Under the pieces are notes generated by a model that was given only the letters and a program-made list of their open reading frames with translations, was not told the DNA's origin and did not search any database. Shown one piece after another: positions 37,386-52,254 of a stretch of DNA of 64,000 nt. The stretch's first letter is position 1. Each line of letters starts with the position of its first letter. Where the stretch lies: positions 15,224,974 through 15,288,973 of the forward strand of contig MU054187.1 of assembly GCA_013239625.1 (NCBI GenBank), given 5' to 3'. Source of the DNA: Lama guanicoe. Lineage: Eukaryota. A program made the translations under genes and the position numbers.

Positions 37386-38344
37386 TAAATCTTTGGTGCT
37401 AAATTGACATAATAGAAATATTCAATAAGATTGACTTTAGGCAATCTCATTTTTTGTGTACTATGATTCTTTATTTTGAGTCATCTGGGATATTAAATTT
37501 CATAAACATAAACATGCCCCAAATTGTTTTGATTCCAAAATTAACATTATTCATGTTTGCTTTGGAGAATTAAGGATAATGGACGTTTGTTTGATCTTTA
37601 TCTAAACCCATGGGTTTTGAATAGATGACTAAGTATCTCTATTGTTTTAAACCTTTCCATTACCTTTTCCAGAATCCTAGAAGCTTTAAGCAATTTTTGT
37701 TTCTTACATCTGTGTTGTCAATAGAAAAAATGGACCAGTCTTACTAATAAGATAATTATATGAGATTATAAAGTGGGAATCATGATTCACACCAGACAGC
37801 ATCAGGGCAACTTTATTTACTGAAATAAAAAGGAATACCCATTTTAAAAGAAAACCCTAGATCCAGGCTTGTATAAAAAGCAAATGGGAAAATACTACTG
37901 ACTTTAATGTCTATCCAAATATTTGAGTTTTTCTCTTCACACATCCCCCATTCCCTGTCTTTGTTTTAAAAATTGCAACAAGAAACAATTGTAAGAAAGC
38001 CAGTAATCAACCAGAAACATTGTTCAACCTTAGCACTCTCTGCCTTACTCCTTCTTGCTAATTTCTTCTAATTTTTCAAAAATAAATACACAGAACTTTC
38101 TATATTGCACTGACTTTTACAACATATGCTTCTTTCATATTTTCTTTATTCCCAGTTATATCCATTCCCTTGGACGCACTCAGCTTTGGGTCTTCATTGG
38201 CTGACTTATTTTCTAAAACTGATTTGATCATTTGTCATTACTACTATGCTAGGCAGTATCAGAGATAACAGGACATAGAGTAAGTGATTTTTATCAATGT
38301 TTTGCAATCTGATAGGGGAAATAAAGCATCCTACCCAAATAATC

Positions 38345-38363
38345 ATATATATATATTTTCTCT

Positions 38364-38398
<35 letters not shown>

Positions 38399-38510
38399 GA
38401 TATGTAATATATATTATTTCTCATTGTATGTATATAGTATTTACACATAAATAATATTTTAATTTATGTTATTTCTTTCTCATATATATATATGTAGGGA
38501 GAGAGAGAGA
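38345..38510 (+). repeat. Compound (TA)n/(CA)n/(GA)n microsatellite
   Basis: Read directly; adjoins the MLT2 LTR, whose internal TA-rich tract commonly expands. Confidence 0.85.
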
Positions 38511-38940
38511 GATTGATTTATTATAATGAACAGGCTCACACGATTATGGAGCCCGACAAGTCCCCAGATCCTAGCCAGCAAGCTGGAGACCTGCCTGGGA
38601 GAACTGATAATGTGGTTCCAGTCTGAATGCCCTCAGGCTCAAGATCCAGGAAGAGCCAATGTCTCACTTTGAGTCCAGAGGCAGGAAAAGCCCTGATGTC
38701 CCAGCCTAAAGCAATCAGTCAAGGAGTTTCCTTTACTAGCAGCAGGGACAGTCTTTTTGTTCTATTTGGGCCTTCAGCTGATTGGGTGAGGCTCCCTACA
38801 TTAGGAAGGGCACTCTGTTTCACTCAGTCTAACAATTCAAATATTGATCTCATTTAGAGATGCCCTCGCAGATACACCCAGAATAATATTTGACCAAACA
38901 TTTGGCCCAGTCAAGTTGACACATAAAAGTAACCATCACA
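38480..38940 (-). mobile_element. MLT2 (ERVL) LTR
   Basis: GGCTCACACGATTATGGAG..AGCAAGCTGGAGACC..GGGCCTTCAGCTGATTGGGTGAGG..GGCCCAGTCAAGTTGACACATAAAAGTAACCATCACA. Confidence 0.85.
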
Positions 38941-41639
38941 CTACAATATAGGGGGGATGAGGTATGAGTTAGGGAGTGTAATTCATTTATTAGTTCTGGG
39001 TAAATGATGCTCAAATCAACACCAGCAGCGCTGACTTCTCACTCCTCTTTCAATCTTCTATTCCTCACTTTTTATAAAACATCTCCACGTAGATACCGTT
39101 TTCGCCATAAATTCCTTATGTTTAAGTAAAAAATGAAGATGTTGGAATCACTTTCCATTCCTTGTCTATGTCTTTATCAGCGGCACTATTAACCTTTTAT
39201 CTTGCTGGCTTTACAACCTCCTCTGACATTTTTCATATTAGTAATTCCATTATCTCAACAGCTACTAAATTTTATTAAGTTTTACTTTTAAATGTCTGTT
39301 GAATTTACTCACTTATTCCCACTCCCATCATGTTGGGACACAATTTTGTGATTCTATATCTGGATTATTGCCAAAGTATCCACATTCAACCTGTGCCAGT
39401 AGTTTCATTCACTGTCAATCTACTTATATTTTAGACCAGATTTCCTAAAACACAAATTCTCTCTTGTGCTCTTTTAGCTCCAGAAAATACAAAGGGCTCA
39501 TGATGACCCATTCTCACGTGTCTAATCTCTCCATTACATTTTTTGAGTTCCTCAAAAATCAGACTTTAGTTATTCATTCTTCTTTGAATACTTCCTACTT
39601 AAACTTTTAATACAATCTTCACATTTGTTTTTCTCTTAGCTTCTCTTTCTACCCCCACTATGTGATTTTCCTCCCATGTCATTACCCATGCCACTTTCTG
39701 GCCATGTCCTTCCTCTTTAATCTCAATTCAAATTGTATCCACTTTTTAATTTCACCTTTAATTAAGGCCAATCTCTCTCTGCCTCAATGAAAGCTTTCTT
39801 TGACTACTTAGATTCTCAGCCATCTCTGAATTTTCATTGCATTTATAACCTGTTTCCCTTAGCATTTGATCATGTATTTCCAAGTATTGATGCATTATTA
39901 TTTTATGTTTGTTAGCTTTGCTCTTCTTAAATACAATGTCTACGTATTATAGTTAATAGTAGACATAAACATTTAATGCAAGTCTTGATTAACTGGTAAA
40001 TATGCCCACTCTACTTTTGTATAAAATATCACGGACTTTTCCAAAGATAATTTCAGACTTTTGGACTGTTGTACTTGTGTTATTTTAAACCTTTTAGTAT
40101 TCTGCTCCCAAAATATAATACTTTAGCGGGAAATGACCTACAGTATCTGTGTATATAGCTCATGAGTCAGGGAAGGCATGAGGTAATTTCCCAGTGGAGG
40201 GAGGGCAAGACTAAATATCCACGTCTGGGATTTAGTTAGTAAGTGAAAGAGAGAAGGAAGGCAGGAAAAACAGCACTTTTACACATTCTGCTTTCCCTCC
40301 GAGATGTTGAGATGTAATGGCGTGGTGCCTGATAGACATATTCCTAGCCAGTGGGACACATCTAAAGCGTTTATCCTATGTTTCAGATTCTAAACATTTT
40401 CTAAATGAACAGGTATGAAAAGAATCAAAGGTATTAGCAACTCAAAGATGATCATGAATCCCCCCTAATTGACTAGGCTGAGGATTTTTCACTTAAATTG
40501 AAAGAGATAATCAGCAAGTGAGCTGTGAACTGCTCTGGCAAATACCGCCTCATGAAGACCATCTGCCCTAACAGGCTTGCTAAAATCCAGTATGAGCCTT
40601 TGCACCCCAGCAATGACCTTTCTGCTAAATCACGTAAATAAAATTCAAACAGAAACCTTCCTTTCTCTGTTAAAATTGTATGTGCTGTAATTTCTTTCTT
40701 TCACCTTTTTTAGGATGTTAATGCTTTGTTTCAAAAATAATTAATATTTTGATTATCTCTATTATTATTAACTCTGTAGTCAGATAATTAAATTGAAGAA
40801 TTACTGCTATTAGACACCCTTTAAAAATGTGTATGAACTTTTGTGATTCAGTAAATACATTATTCAGTGAGTAGATGTCCTTTTTCCCACCCACAAATGA
40901 AACAATTACAATAATACAATTATTGTATTAGCAGATGGTACATTTCTGCAAATATGTATTCTGTAATCCACCTTTGCAGTTATATGGTGTATATGTACAA
41001 GTTGGTTAGACTACATTGGCACTCGGTCACAGTCAACAATATGATAAAACTTGGTTTTGGATTTAGTAGAGATTAACAGTCTGTTGTTAATATGACCTGT
41101 TTTAAGTATCAGAAACTCTTCAAACTGACTTCCTTAAAGGTCACTGTAACATTTTCTGGCATCTTTTATGCTCATTTCAAAGTACAAATAGTTGCTATTT
41201 TTTCTGTACCAGAAACTGGGCTTTTCCTATAGACTCTTGACATTCACTTAGGTTAATATTGTTACCCCAAACCACAAAATAAAGTATTTCAGGGTCTTTG
41301 ATATTTGTATAATGTATGGGTTTTTTCCTGTGGTCGCCTGAATTCTGAAAGCTTTGAGTATTAGCTACACAAAAATTAAGAAGGCAAAAGTCATATCCTC
41401 TATAATCCAGTGTTCTTGAGCTTCTGAATCATTTTGATTGGCGTTGTCCCAATCTGTGTAGAAAGAAATGCTCATCCACTTTTCTATCTCTATTTTTAAA
41501 TTTCATAGTTACTTATGTGGAACATCTGCATGTAAAATTTATTAGTTACATATCTATCCATAAAAGAAATCTTCCCAACTCCATAACTCCAAGGAAAACA
41601 GCTTTAAAAATGTTACGATTTTTCTACCATTACTTGTCA

Positions 41640-42080
41640 CGAGATCTGAGACTTCAGAAACATATTGACTATTTCCAGTGATTTTTACACCGTCCTGTGA
41701 ATCTGAGATTCCATCAGGTATTATTTCCCCTTATCCTGAATAACTTCCTTTAATATTGCAGGTCTACTAATGCTGTATCTTGTCAGCTCTCTTCGATTTA
41801 AAAATGTTTTTATTTCCTAGTTATAGTTGAAGGATAATTTTATTAAACATAGAACTCTGGGTTGATAAGTTCTTTCACCCAGCACTTTGAAGATGACATT
41901 CCCTTATCTTTTGGTGTTAGTGCTGTCATTTTTCCTTTAAGTAATGTTTTCTTTTCTTCCTCTCTATCTGGCTCCTTTTAAGATTTGTCTCCTTATCTTT
42001 GTTTTCATCATTTATGATATGATTATGTGTGGTTCTTTTTATACTTATTCTTCTTGAGGTTCTTTGAAGTTGGGGCTCTT
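41640..42080 (-). mobile_element. Old L1M fragment (ORF1 region, antisense)
   Basis: T-rich segment TTGAAGGATAATTTT..AGAACTCTGGGTTGATAAG..CAGCACTTTGAAGATGACATTCC, typical of antisense L1M. Confidence 0.65.
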
Positions 42081-42182
42081 TCAGATCACATTCTAACCAT
42101 TTTGGTCCCCCTCTAGATAATCGGTAAGATGCTGTTGGTACAAAAGTGTTTCCCAAAATTAGCTATAAAAATCTAGCTTCAT

Positions 42183-43027
42183 GCTCAGCATCCCTAGTCA
42201 TCAGGGAAATGCAAATCAAAATCACAATGAGATATTACCTCATACCTGTCAGAATGGCTTTCTTCAAAAAGATAAGAAATAACAAGTGTTGGCAATAATG
42301 TGGCAAAAAGGGAACCCTCAAGCACTTTTGGTGGGAAAGTAAATTGGTGCAGCCACTATGGAAGACAGTAATGGAGGCTCCTAAAAAATCAAAACTAGAA
42401 CTACCATATGACCCAGCAATGCCAGTTCTGGGTATTCATCTAAAGGAAACTAAAACACTAACTCAAAAAGGTACTTGCACTCCAAAGCTCATAGCAGCAT
42501 TATTTACAGAAGCCAAGATATGAGAGCAAACTAAGAGTCCATCAACAGATGAGTGGGTAGAGAAGATATGGTGTGTGTTTATATATATTAATATTACTCA
42601 ATCATACAAAAAAAGAATGAAATTTTGCCATTTGGACAACATGGATGGACTTGGAAGGAATAATTCTTAGTGAAATAAATCAGACAGAGAAATATAAATA
42701 CTGTGCTTTCACTTATATGTGTAATCTAATAAATAAAACAAATGAATAACTGTAACAAAATAGAAACAGACCCATAAATATAAAATACAAGCTAGTGGTT
42801 ACCAGAGGGAAGAGGGGTGGGGGAGGGGAAAATAAGTGAAGAGAATTAAGAGGTACAAACTGCTAGGTATAAAATAAATAAATTACAGATATGTAATGTA
42901 CAGCATATGGAATAAAGGCAATATTTTATAACAACTTTTTATGACATATAGTCTATAAAAATATATAATTATGATTTTGTATACCTGAAACTAATACAAT
43001 ATCGTAAACAAACTATACTTCAATTTT
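42183..43027 (+). mobile_element. 5'-truncated L1 (ORF2 C-terminus plus 3' UTR) with 17-bp direct flanking repeat
   Basis: Contains CAGGGAAATGCAAATCAAAATCACAATGAGAT, GAACTACCATATGACCCAGCAAT and a G-rich 3' UTR; flanking repeat TAAAAATCTAGCTTCAT at 42166-42182 and 43028-43044. Confidence 0.92.
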
Positions 43028-45149
43028 TAAAAATCTAGCTTCATAACTATCATAAGAAAAATAAATAGTAGTAACAGTCAAAATTATAACAATTTTAAGT
43101 TATTAAACAGGTAAGACTATAATATTTCTCAGTCTGGACATAATGCTATTCACAGTGCAATCCAGGATTGTTTTAGCTTTGTTGTTCCAACAACACTTTT
43201 CTTTCATACATTTTGAGGTTTTTAGCTACATGAACAGTTGTCACAAAATGAGGTACTGGAGATTATGATTTGACATACAACAGTTCCTGTTGACAACAAG
43301 ACCTGAAATGTGACTCTGGGAGTGGGAGGTGTTAGAATGTGGAATGAAGGTGAAAGCTGCTAAGGTCAGTTAGAAGCAAGGATATTAGACTTAGTGAAGA
43401 TACTTTATAAAGCAAAGACACAGGGACAAATTTTCAATTAAAATGAAAGACCCTTCTAGGAAGTATATCAGAAATTTGAATGGACAGGAAGGCAGTAAGT
43501 CAGGGACCAATTTCTCAGTGAAAGAAGGTAAACTGCCAGGAGGTCAGAACATGACAGTGATTGATGTTGAGGGAAGCCAAGTATTCCTTGGCTTCGAAAT
43601 CAAATGCTTTTATCATTAGTTTTCAATAATTTCTTCATTATTCTTTTTTTTTAATTGAATGAATTTATCATTGAATAATTGATTTATTCAAAGAATTTAT
43701 CGGGAATCCTCTAAGAGTGTTTGACTTTTCTATTTTTGCCTTTCTGTCAGTCATTTCCTCAGTCCTGTAATGATTACCTTTGTAGCCTTCTACATTCAGC
43801 AGATTTTCTTCTTCAACATGATTTTTTTATTAAACAGCATGGTTCTATTGAAAATGTACGAGAAACTTTCACACCCAGTTTTAACCCAGTTATATGCTTA
43901 GCAACATTCTATATGCTGACACTATAGCAATCATTCCTTTTCATCTGGTAACATCACATTCCACGCTGTAAACTAGAACCAAGATTAACAATTCACTGCC
44001 CACTTTTCATCATTTCTTTTCTATCCACCTGGGTCATAAGCACGCTATCTTCTTTAGATGGAATGTGCCCTTAACCTATCACTAAATCTTCCCTAATCCC
44101 TTAACCTGAATTGTATGTAAATGAACATACTTCCTAAAATATTCCCAGACGAAACTTCAGCATCATATAATGTCAAATAAACTCTGGTCACCCAAATCAC
44201 TCTAGTCTCCTCTCCGCATCTTGATCTCCCATTTCCTCGGGTCACGCAGTTTTGTCCGAAGCTGCTGTTTCTTTGGACGGCATAACTGGAGGCTGTGTCT
44301 CAGGTTTTCTTCTGCCTCCTTATCATACAGTATAATTGTCTTGCCGTTTATATCCCATCTATAGATAAAGATGGAACAAACCTTCAGAAGCTTCTGTGTC
44401 TTAATTTTTTCCCATTTATTAACATTTATTGGGTATGCATCACATGCAGTTCTTTTATATTATGGGGAGAAATTTAAAATGAATTTGGTAGAGATGTTTG
44501 TTTGCCTCAGGTTTCCCAAGTAGAGTGAGATAGAGTAATCTCTAAGGTAATTTCTAGATCTCATATATAATTGTTTAAGGTGAATGCAAAGTAGGTTTCC
44601 TTTCTTTTTCTATGAAAGCACAATAACTTTCCATTCTTCATCTCACGCAAACAAACTCAGTGGCATTAGCTAAGCAGCTGTGGTTTTGATATCAGTGTCT
44701 TCCTAAGCTTCTTGTTGTCTGGACTTCTTTTTGTCTAACCTCATACTTTTTTCCAATCCATTATTGGACTTAACTATTCCCTATCAACCTCACTCAAAGT
44801 AATTTTAAGATAAAAGAACATCAAGAATATATGTGACAAGCAGGTCCAAGAATGTATTACAAGAATACCTAGTTGTACACCTCTCACAAGACTTCACATC
44901 TGCTGCCTTCACGTCTGCTCTTCATTTCTTGCACTCACTGAAATCTGGTTTTCATCTGCTAATTCTCTGATGCTAATTTTTTAAAAGAAGTTATTATTTC
45001 TAAGTACAATTGTCCTTCTTTCAAATGTTACCCAATAGGATCCAGGTCAAATTCTGATGCCCCTGCCCTAGTCAGCTTCTCCTGCGTTTCATCTAAGAAG
45101 TACTGTCTTCTCATTCAGCTGTTCCTTGAACTTTTCCTTTGTTTTTGTT

Positions 45150-45865
45150 TCATTCATTCAGGTAACTTTTTCTTAAATCCACTCTACCTTCAACAAATTC
45201 ACTTTCTTGCTTCAATCATTCATGATCCATCACCTGGAATATTACAATAATCCCTTAAAATGCCTTCTTGCCTGTCTCTTTCTCTCTCAATCCATTGTTC
45301 ATGTTGTCACATGAGTTACCTTCTTTTAACACAATTGTCATCATGCCATTTACTCACTCAAAACTGTCAATGGTTCCTCATTTGGTAGAGAATAAAGTTC
45401 CAATGTCTTGGCGTAACAGAAAGTCCTTCTGTGATTTGGACCTGGTATAATTTTCCAGTCTCAGCTCCCCACCTTCTCCTTCTGTATACACCTTACATTC
45501 TAATCACACAGAACACTCCAGTTTCTTGAAAGCTTCCTATTTTTGTTTCTGCCATTGATCCAGACCCCCTACTTGTCCAAATTCTACTTTTCTCTCAAGA
45601 TTTCAGGTCAAATTCTTTCCTATGAACTAACCCTACTGTACTAGTCAGAAATGGTCGTTCATATTTTTGGTAACACGATGTTAATACTTTTACTATTCCA
45701 TAAGCTGAGCTCAGCTTGACCCGTGACTGCAGCAGTCATGTGGCTTTTGCTTTACCAGAGTGTGAGTGGGTTGAAGGAACAGACTGAGTCTGTCCACGAG
45801 TGTCTCTCCAGTGGCCAGCACTTATTTCTAATTCATAGAAGACTGTCAATGCACGTTTGCTGAAA
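45150..45865 (+). mobile_element. L2 fragment
   Basis: CACCTGGAATATTACAATAATCCC..TCAAAACTGTCAATGGTTCCTCATT..AATGCACGTTTGCTGAA. Confidence 0.6.
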
Positions 45866-47927
45866 GTTTCCAATTCCTTTTTAAGCGCTACTTTTCAAAA
45901 AGGTATTGTATTTTCAATAGATATTAACCATTTTGGCAAGAAACATAGTAAAGAATAGCTTATCTATTGAAAAGCAGTCACACTAATAAGTGTGGCTTGA
46001 CCTAGAAGAATCTGTGAAGTACAAACCATTCACTGTCTGTTGTGCTGTCAATAGTGCTCCCTTGACTGTAGAAAAGGTTAAAGAAAAGCCATAGCACAGT
46101 TTTAAACTAATTCTGTAGGTCTGTGCTAGCTCTTGCTTACACATGCATTTTTAGCAAAAATGTAGAATACAGAAAAGTTTTATGCTCTGAAAATTGGCAC
46201 TTAACAATTGTCAGTAAAACTTTTGAATTAGTGGTATTTAGGGACGCTTAGAGACCACCGTCTCCCCACATTGAAAAGAGGACATGATTATCATACACCA
46301 CCTTCACAGAGCAAAAGGAAAAATGACACTATTTGCTATTGTTTCGCTATTTCCTTACCTCAAAGATGGACCCTGGTCATTTCTGCTCTCCTCCTCCCCC
46401 ACAATAGCACATACAAGCAAAAAGAAGTCAACTGCCCTTTATGGTTATTTATCCTTGCTGACAGATTTCCTCTGGTTGCATTTCCAGATGTGCAAAACCA
46501 TCAACCCAGCTCCATCTGGCTAAAATCTTATTAGAGATCACCTCTGACATGAGGCCCGACCTCAGCCAGAAGCACTGATCTGGGATACTTCCAGGGATTA
46601 TCTTGTCCTTTGAACGCTGAGGAAGGAGAGGCTGGGTGACCCAAGACGCTGGAATTCCTTACTATCCTAGAGCCCCCAGCGTTAGAGCATTTGGCTCAGA
46701 ACCTCTGCCAGAGTGAGGCTGTGGTTCTCCGAGAGATGGGGTCATTGTTATTATTCTTCCAGTCTCCAAGGCAAACTACACTGTGTGACCAGCCACGTAG
46801 GTAATGCCAAAAACCACCTGGAAAAGACCCACAGTTGTCACAGGGCCACAATGAAATGTGAAACACTGAAAGTGCTGATCACTACAAAACCATGACAGTT
46901 TTGTCTTTTACCCTTTGCCAGATGATGGTTAAAGAAAAGGACTGAAGAGAAGGCATTTAGAGATAGAATTCAACTTGCTAAAAGTGACATTTAGTTTCTT
47001 CTGACTTACTATGGCCCACATGATGTTACTCTAACTGACCTATTTAGAAACATTTAAGAGTAATATAACAAGCAGTTGGTGGAGAATTGGCAATTTTCTT
47101 AAGCTGGTTCATGCGTCACTCTGCTTTTGTTTGTCCAGCTGCCAGTACAAATTATGATCTGTTGAAGTGAATCTTGCTTGGCGCCCTCTAAAGTTGGCCC
47201 AAACATTTGGACAGTCACATGTATCTCTTTCTGAACAAGTGCATCATTCAATGTACTCATGTAGCTCAGATGATGCACAGATAATCTGTAAGTACAGAGG
47301 CAATCACTACGGTGGGAAAATGGAACAAGGGGAAAAAACCAAAGGACATCTGAGTCTGTCCTGTTCTAACTGTTACTCAATGTGCTAAGGGGGTGTGACA
47401 TCAAGACCTCCCTGGTGTGTTCAGCCATCCGGGCTTTTCCCAGACATTCTGACCGAATTGCTTCACTTCCTGTTACTGCCCATGTGTACTTTACATTCCT
47501 GCTTACCTTCCCCCTATCAGTGCCATCCCCACCTTTCCCATCTCAGCCTTCTTTGGGATTTGGCACATGCTTCTACGGCAGCTGGTCTGCACACCTCACA
47601 CTAAGGCTGAGAATGGCATTTATGAACAGCTGTGGGAGTCTGTCTCTTAGTCATAGCTGTTTCCTTTTGACCTTCTTTCTTCTCTCTTTCAAATTCACAC
47701 TTTAAATTCACACAGATTAAATTCACATTTTGATTCTATTACTCTGTTTATGATTATCTTCTCAACTACGTACCGTGTAAAGAAAAGTAGACTATTGTAA
47801 GAACATTATTCTTTTTTCCCTTTTATCTACGATTTGGGTATTCTCCCGCTTCTCCTCCCTTGCCCTCATCACCTCCCCACTCTCACAATTCTTAGGCATA
47901 AGCAGAAATGCCCTAAATGTGCTACGG

Positions 47928-47930
<3 letters not shown>

Positions 47931-47960
<30 letters not shown>
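47931..47960 (+). repeat. (GT)15 microsatellite
   Basis: Read directly from the sequence. Confidence 0.95.
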
Positions 47961-47963
<3 letters not shown>

Positions 47964-47984
47964 TGCCCGTGCATGTGTATAAAA

Positions 47985-48190
47985 TTAAGTGTTAAAAACT
48001 ACCCACAGGTTTCTTTTTAATTCTCACAACAACACTGTGAAATAGATTATTATCCCTCTTTTAAAGATTAAAAAATATACAGGCTTAGGGAAGATTAGAT
48101 CATTTGCTGACAATCCTAGAACTAGGAAGTCATGGAGCCGGATGTATGCTGTGTATTTCCAGAGTACATGCTCTCAACGGCCCACCGTAT
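47985..48190 (-). mobile_element. MIR SINE
   Basis: TTTAATTCTCACAACAACACTGTGAAATAGATTATTATCCC. Confidence 0.65.
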
Positions 48191-48990
48191 CATCTCACTT
48201 TTCTCCCCACAATATATGGAACACTTGTGGTAAATGTGAGCCTGTGTTTGTACAAACTTGAGGTTTTTCAGAGCTGGGAAGAGATAAGAAGGAAGAAGCC
48301 TTACTGCACGTCTCATGGCTTAATTCCCACCATTTTCTGGAAAGGAAAAATATAATTTTCTGTGTTATAGGGCTTTTCAGCTTTGGGTACCACTTGTTAC
48401 TTTTCAGATCTTTGAAAAGTTGGCTTGAAGATGTGGCCCTGGGCCAAAAACACAAACTTGGAGGAGTTAAGAGATTACAGAGCTGACGTTATACTTCAGT
48501 GGGAGTACGTACACATCAAAAATACTGTTTAATAAACAACAGAAAATTGCAGAAAAGTCAGTATTATGGGATGATTTTCCCACCACAATGTTGGGAAATT
48601 GTTCTCTTTGCTTTAATTACTTCTAGTCAGAGGTAGAGATTGCACATAGTGGTTTGTGCAAGACAATTTCACTTCAAAAATTAAAGGGCAATCACTTTTT
48701 TAAAAGGTACCTTTTATTTGAGTTTTTAAGGGTTTGTATTAATCACAATTCAAAACTATTTATACAGTTTTTTTTCCCACTCATATTATAATCTGTACTT
48801 TCCATTAAGGTAAGATAGGTTCTTCTTTGAGATGTTTAAATAACTCAACAGCCAAAAAGTATTTGTTGATCCTTACTAAGTAAACATTATTTTCTAGGTA
48901 CTGTGGGGCTATAGATGATACAGTCCTTGCCCACAAGGAACTTATGATTAATGTATATTAGACAGAGAAGTAATAATAAAGGATGTAATC

Positions 48991-49595
48991 AAAAGACACT
49001 TGCATCCCAGTGTTCACAGTGGCACTATTTACATTAGTCAAGACATGAAAGCAATGTCTGTCCATCAACAGATGAATAGGTAGAGAAGATATGGTATATG
49101 TATATACAATAGACTGTTACTCAGCCATAAAGAATGAAATAATGCCATTTTCAGCAACATGGATGGACCTATAGATTATCATACTAAGTGAAGTAAATCA
49201 GACAAAGACAATTATGTGATATCACTTATATATGGACTCTAAAAAAACAGTATAAATGAATTTATTTAAAGAACAGAAACAGACTTACAGACATAGCAAA
49301 TAAATTTATGGCTACCAAAGGGGAAGTGGGGAGGGATATATTAGGTGTCTGGGATTAGCAGATACAAACTACTATATATAAAATAGATAGACAACAAGGT
49401 TCTACTGGATAGCACAGGGAACTACATTCAATATCTCATAATAACCTACAATAGAAAGAATTTAAAAAGAATATAGACATATACATGTATATGTGTAACC
49501 AAATCACTTTGTTGCACATCTGAAATTAACACAATATTGCAAATCAACTATACTTCATTTAAAAAAATCATCACTGAAAAACAAAATAAAAAAAT
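48991..49595 (+). mobile_element. 5'-truncated L1 3' end (cetartiodactyl-like) with degenerate 14-bp TSD
   Basis: L1 ORF2-end and 3' UTR motifs with an A-rich tail; flanks TAAAGGATGTAATC (48977-48990) and TAAAGCATATAATC (49596-49609). Confidence 0.9.
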
Positions 49596-50296
49596 TAAAG
49601 CATATAATCTAATACAGAATAAATATGGCATCAGTTATAGGTGAGATCAATGTTTCTTTGGTCTTCTTCATCTTGTCTCCAAAAGGATTTGAGACTATTT
49701 GTAAAAGTACTCTAGCGAAGATTTGCAGAGGTGAAGAGGGAGTGAGTTTGTGCCACTGGGGACACACTCTGAGCAAAGCTGGAATGAGCATAGGCATCAT
49801 CTCTCACTGACGCAACTGGTTTGACTAGTAGCCTAAATACTAATGGTAAATAGGAACAGACAGATGATGGAGAAAGAAGGATTTATAATCATGGAGGAAT
49901 AGTCTTTTAGAATTTTAAATAGGAGAATAGTAAGATAAGAGTATTTATGAAATTAATAATAACAATAATAATTAAGTAATAAGGATGTTCATAAAATTCT
50001 GGTAAATAATGGGTTACTTATATAGTAGGCATTAGGAAAAACTGAAGTCAAGCAGTTAAGCATTTATTTGCGCATCCATTTCATGAGTGCCTAAGATGGG
50101 GTGATTAAAGTTCAGATGGAGAAGGTGAATCCATCCATTCAGTCCATGTTTGTTGTTGTATTGGGTGGTGTACCATCCCAGTGGGAGTTCAGAGATGAAC
50201 CAGACAGTGTTCTCCTTACTGCATCATCTTGTGAGGGAGATCACTATGAAATTAACTAGCAACTCTAACTATACAAATGCCTACAATCTTCTAAGC

Positions 50297-50463
50297 TAAT
50301 GGTTCTCCCCGATCAGCAGAATCACTATGACCTGAGAATATATTAGGAAAGCAATTTTTTTAGCCTACTCCAGTCCTACTGAGTTAGAAACTCTGGCCCA
50401 GTAATCTATGGTTTAACCTGCCCTCTGGGTGACTCTAATAATGCTAAAATTTGAAAGCCTCTG
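50297..50463. mobile_element. MER5A (hAT-Charlie) with TSD
   Basis: TGGTTCTC..CCTACTGAGTTAGAAACTCTGG..GGTGACTCTAAT..AAAATTTGAAAGCCTCTG; flanks TTCTAAGC and TTCTAAGA. Confidence 0.75.
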
Positions 50464-51449
50464 TTCTAAGAGAATTAGGAAGATAAGGAGAATTACAAGG
50501 AGTAGAGTGGGGTGGTGTTGGGGAGGTCCTTGGAGCAGACCACCTATACCTTTCAAGGGTTACATGGCAAAATCAACTTACGATATGAGTGTGCTGACTG
50601 GAAAAGAAGATAAAAAGTTGCTTTTAGGCATCATAAATGCACGTTACCAATGGCCTGTGGACACATTTGACTTGCATTTGTTGCCTGTTTTGTTATCAGT
50701 TCTAGTTTGGGCATTCTCATCAGAGAAGGGCCAGGAGGTTACACCGCAGCAGAGAGTAAGGAGATTAAGTGATAAGAGGTCTTGAAATTTCTTCAGAACA
50801 TGTTATAGTCAGCCACGGTATGTGCATGGAACACCAGCCTTACACAATGACATCTTCAAATTAGTCAAGGCCTTTATATTCTATCATATTAGGCTGTGTT
50901 GCTTATACTTACTTATTTTTATATGCTCTTTAAATGCAGTTAATTTAGGGTGAAACATATTGTGTATAACCTAGTTAAAAGAATGCCAGCATAGTTCCTT
51001 CTTCTCCTTGTCTTACCCATTCCTTCATCTCTTTTCTTTATTTTCCTCGATTTACTTCCTGACACCTGTCATTTTCCAAGGATGATTTTCTGACCTACAT
51101 ATTTCTCTCTTTACCATCATTACACAGCTTAAATAGCTAATAGACTTTCAAGGATTTCACTGGCACCTAGATTTTGAAGATTAGATTTATTTCTGGTCTT
51201 CTAAGAGTATTTTGAAGATCTGGTGCTCCTTTTTATGATGATAGCCTACTAGATCTCATGGGACTCAGTCTTTGTTTACTTCCAAATGCACACACTCTTT
51301 AGCTAGCGACATAGAACTAGGACTTCACACCAGGGACTCTATCTTCTGGTTTTGCTTTTCTCCCCTATATTTATTTCCACTTCTTCCTTTCATTTATATA
51401 GACTTCTCAAACTTTATATAATATTAACTAATTTCTCTAGTGCTGATTG

Positions 51450-52170
51450 TTTTCTGGACAGAGCCTGACCTGCAGTATATTCTATGTCCTACTCTCATCT
51501 GTCCCAGTGTAATAAATCTTGACCATTACCCAGTTCCCAATACTATGTTTCCAACTACACAGCATGATATTTCCTATTGAGTATCATTTCAAACTCAACA
51601 CATGCAAATTAAACTTTTCATCTTTCTCCCCAGATGGGATTTTTCTTCCCAAATTCTTGGTCAAAGATTTTTTTTTTCCAAGCTTAGAACTTTTGAGACA
51701 TTTAAATTTTATCATTGATCTACTTATTAAATTCTATTCTTTGACTATATGTAACTGCTCTGTCCCACAAAAATGGTATCTTTTATTTTTGTCCCTGTGC
51801 CTAATTTCTATTTATTTTTAATGTGGAAATTTCTGTCTTCACCTACATCAGTTTATTCTTAACCATCCTTTATATTCAGCTTCATTTTCATCTCTAGACA
51901 AGAAATTCACAATTAACTTAATATTTATAGATTTCCCTCCATTCAAAAATTTCCAGATGATTTTATTCTACTACCTAGTATATGAATATACTTAGTTATA
52001 AATTATCTTCTATAATTTTAAATAATTCAATACATATGTCTTATTTCTATAACTAATATATAACACCCTTAAGAGCACAAGGTGATTGATTTTTTATTTG
52101 TATTTCTGTTGTTATCTTCAGTGCTCAACAGAGGATTGAAAATTGAGTAAGCCTCTAATAATTGTTTAAT
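51450..52170 (+). mobile_element. L2 fragment
   Basis: CATTTCAAACTCAACACATGCAAATTAAAC motif and a decayed L2 3' end. Confidence 0.5.
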
Positions 52171-52254
52171 AATTGATAACTTTTCCATGTGAACCTCACT
52201 CTGCTCCCAACTGTCAGTATATTGTGGCAAATAAGAGATCATACTTTGTCCTCA

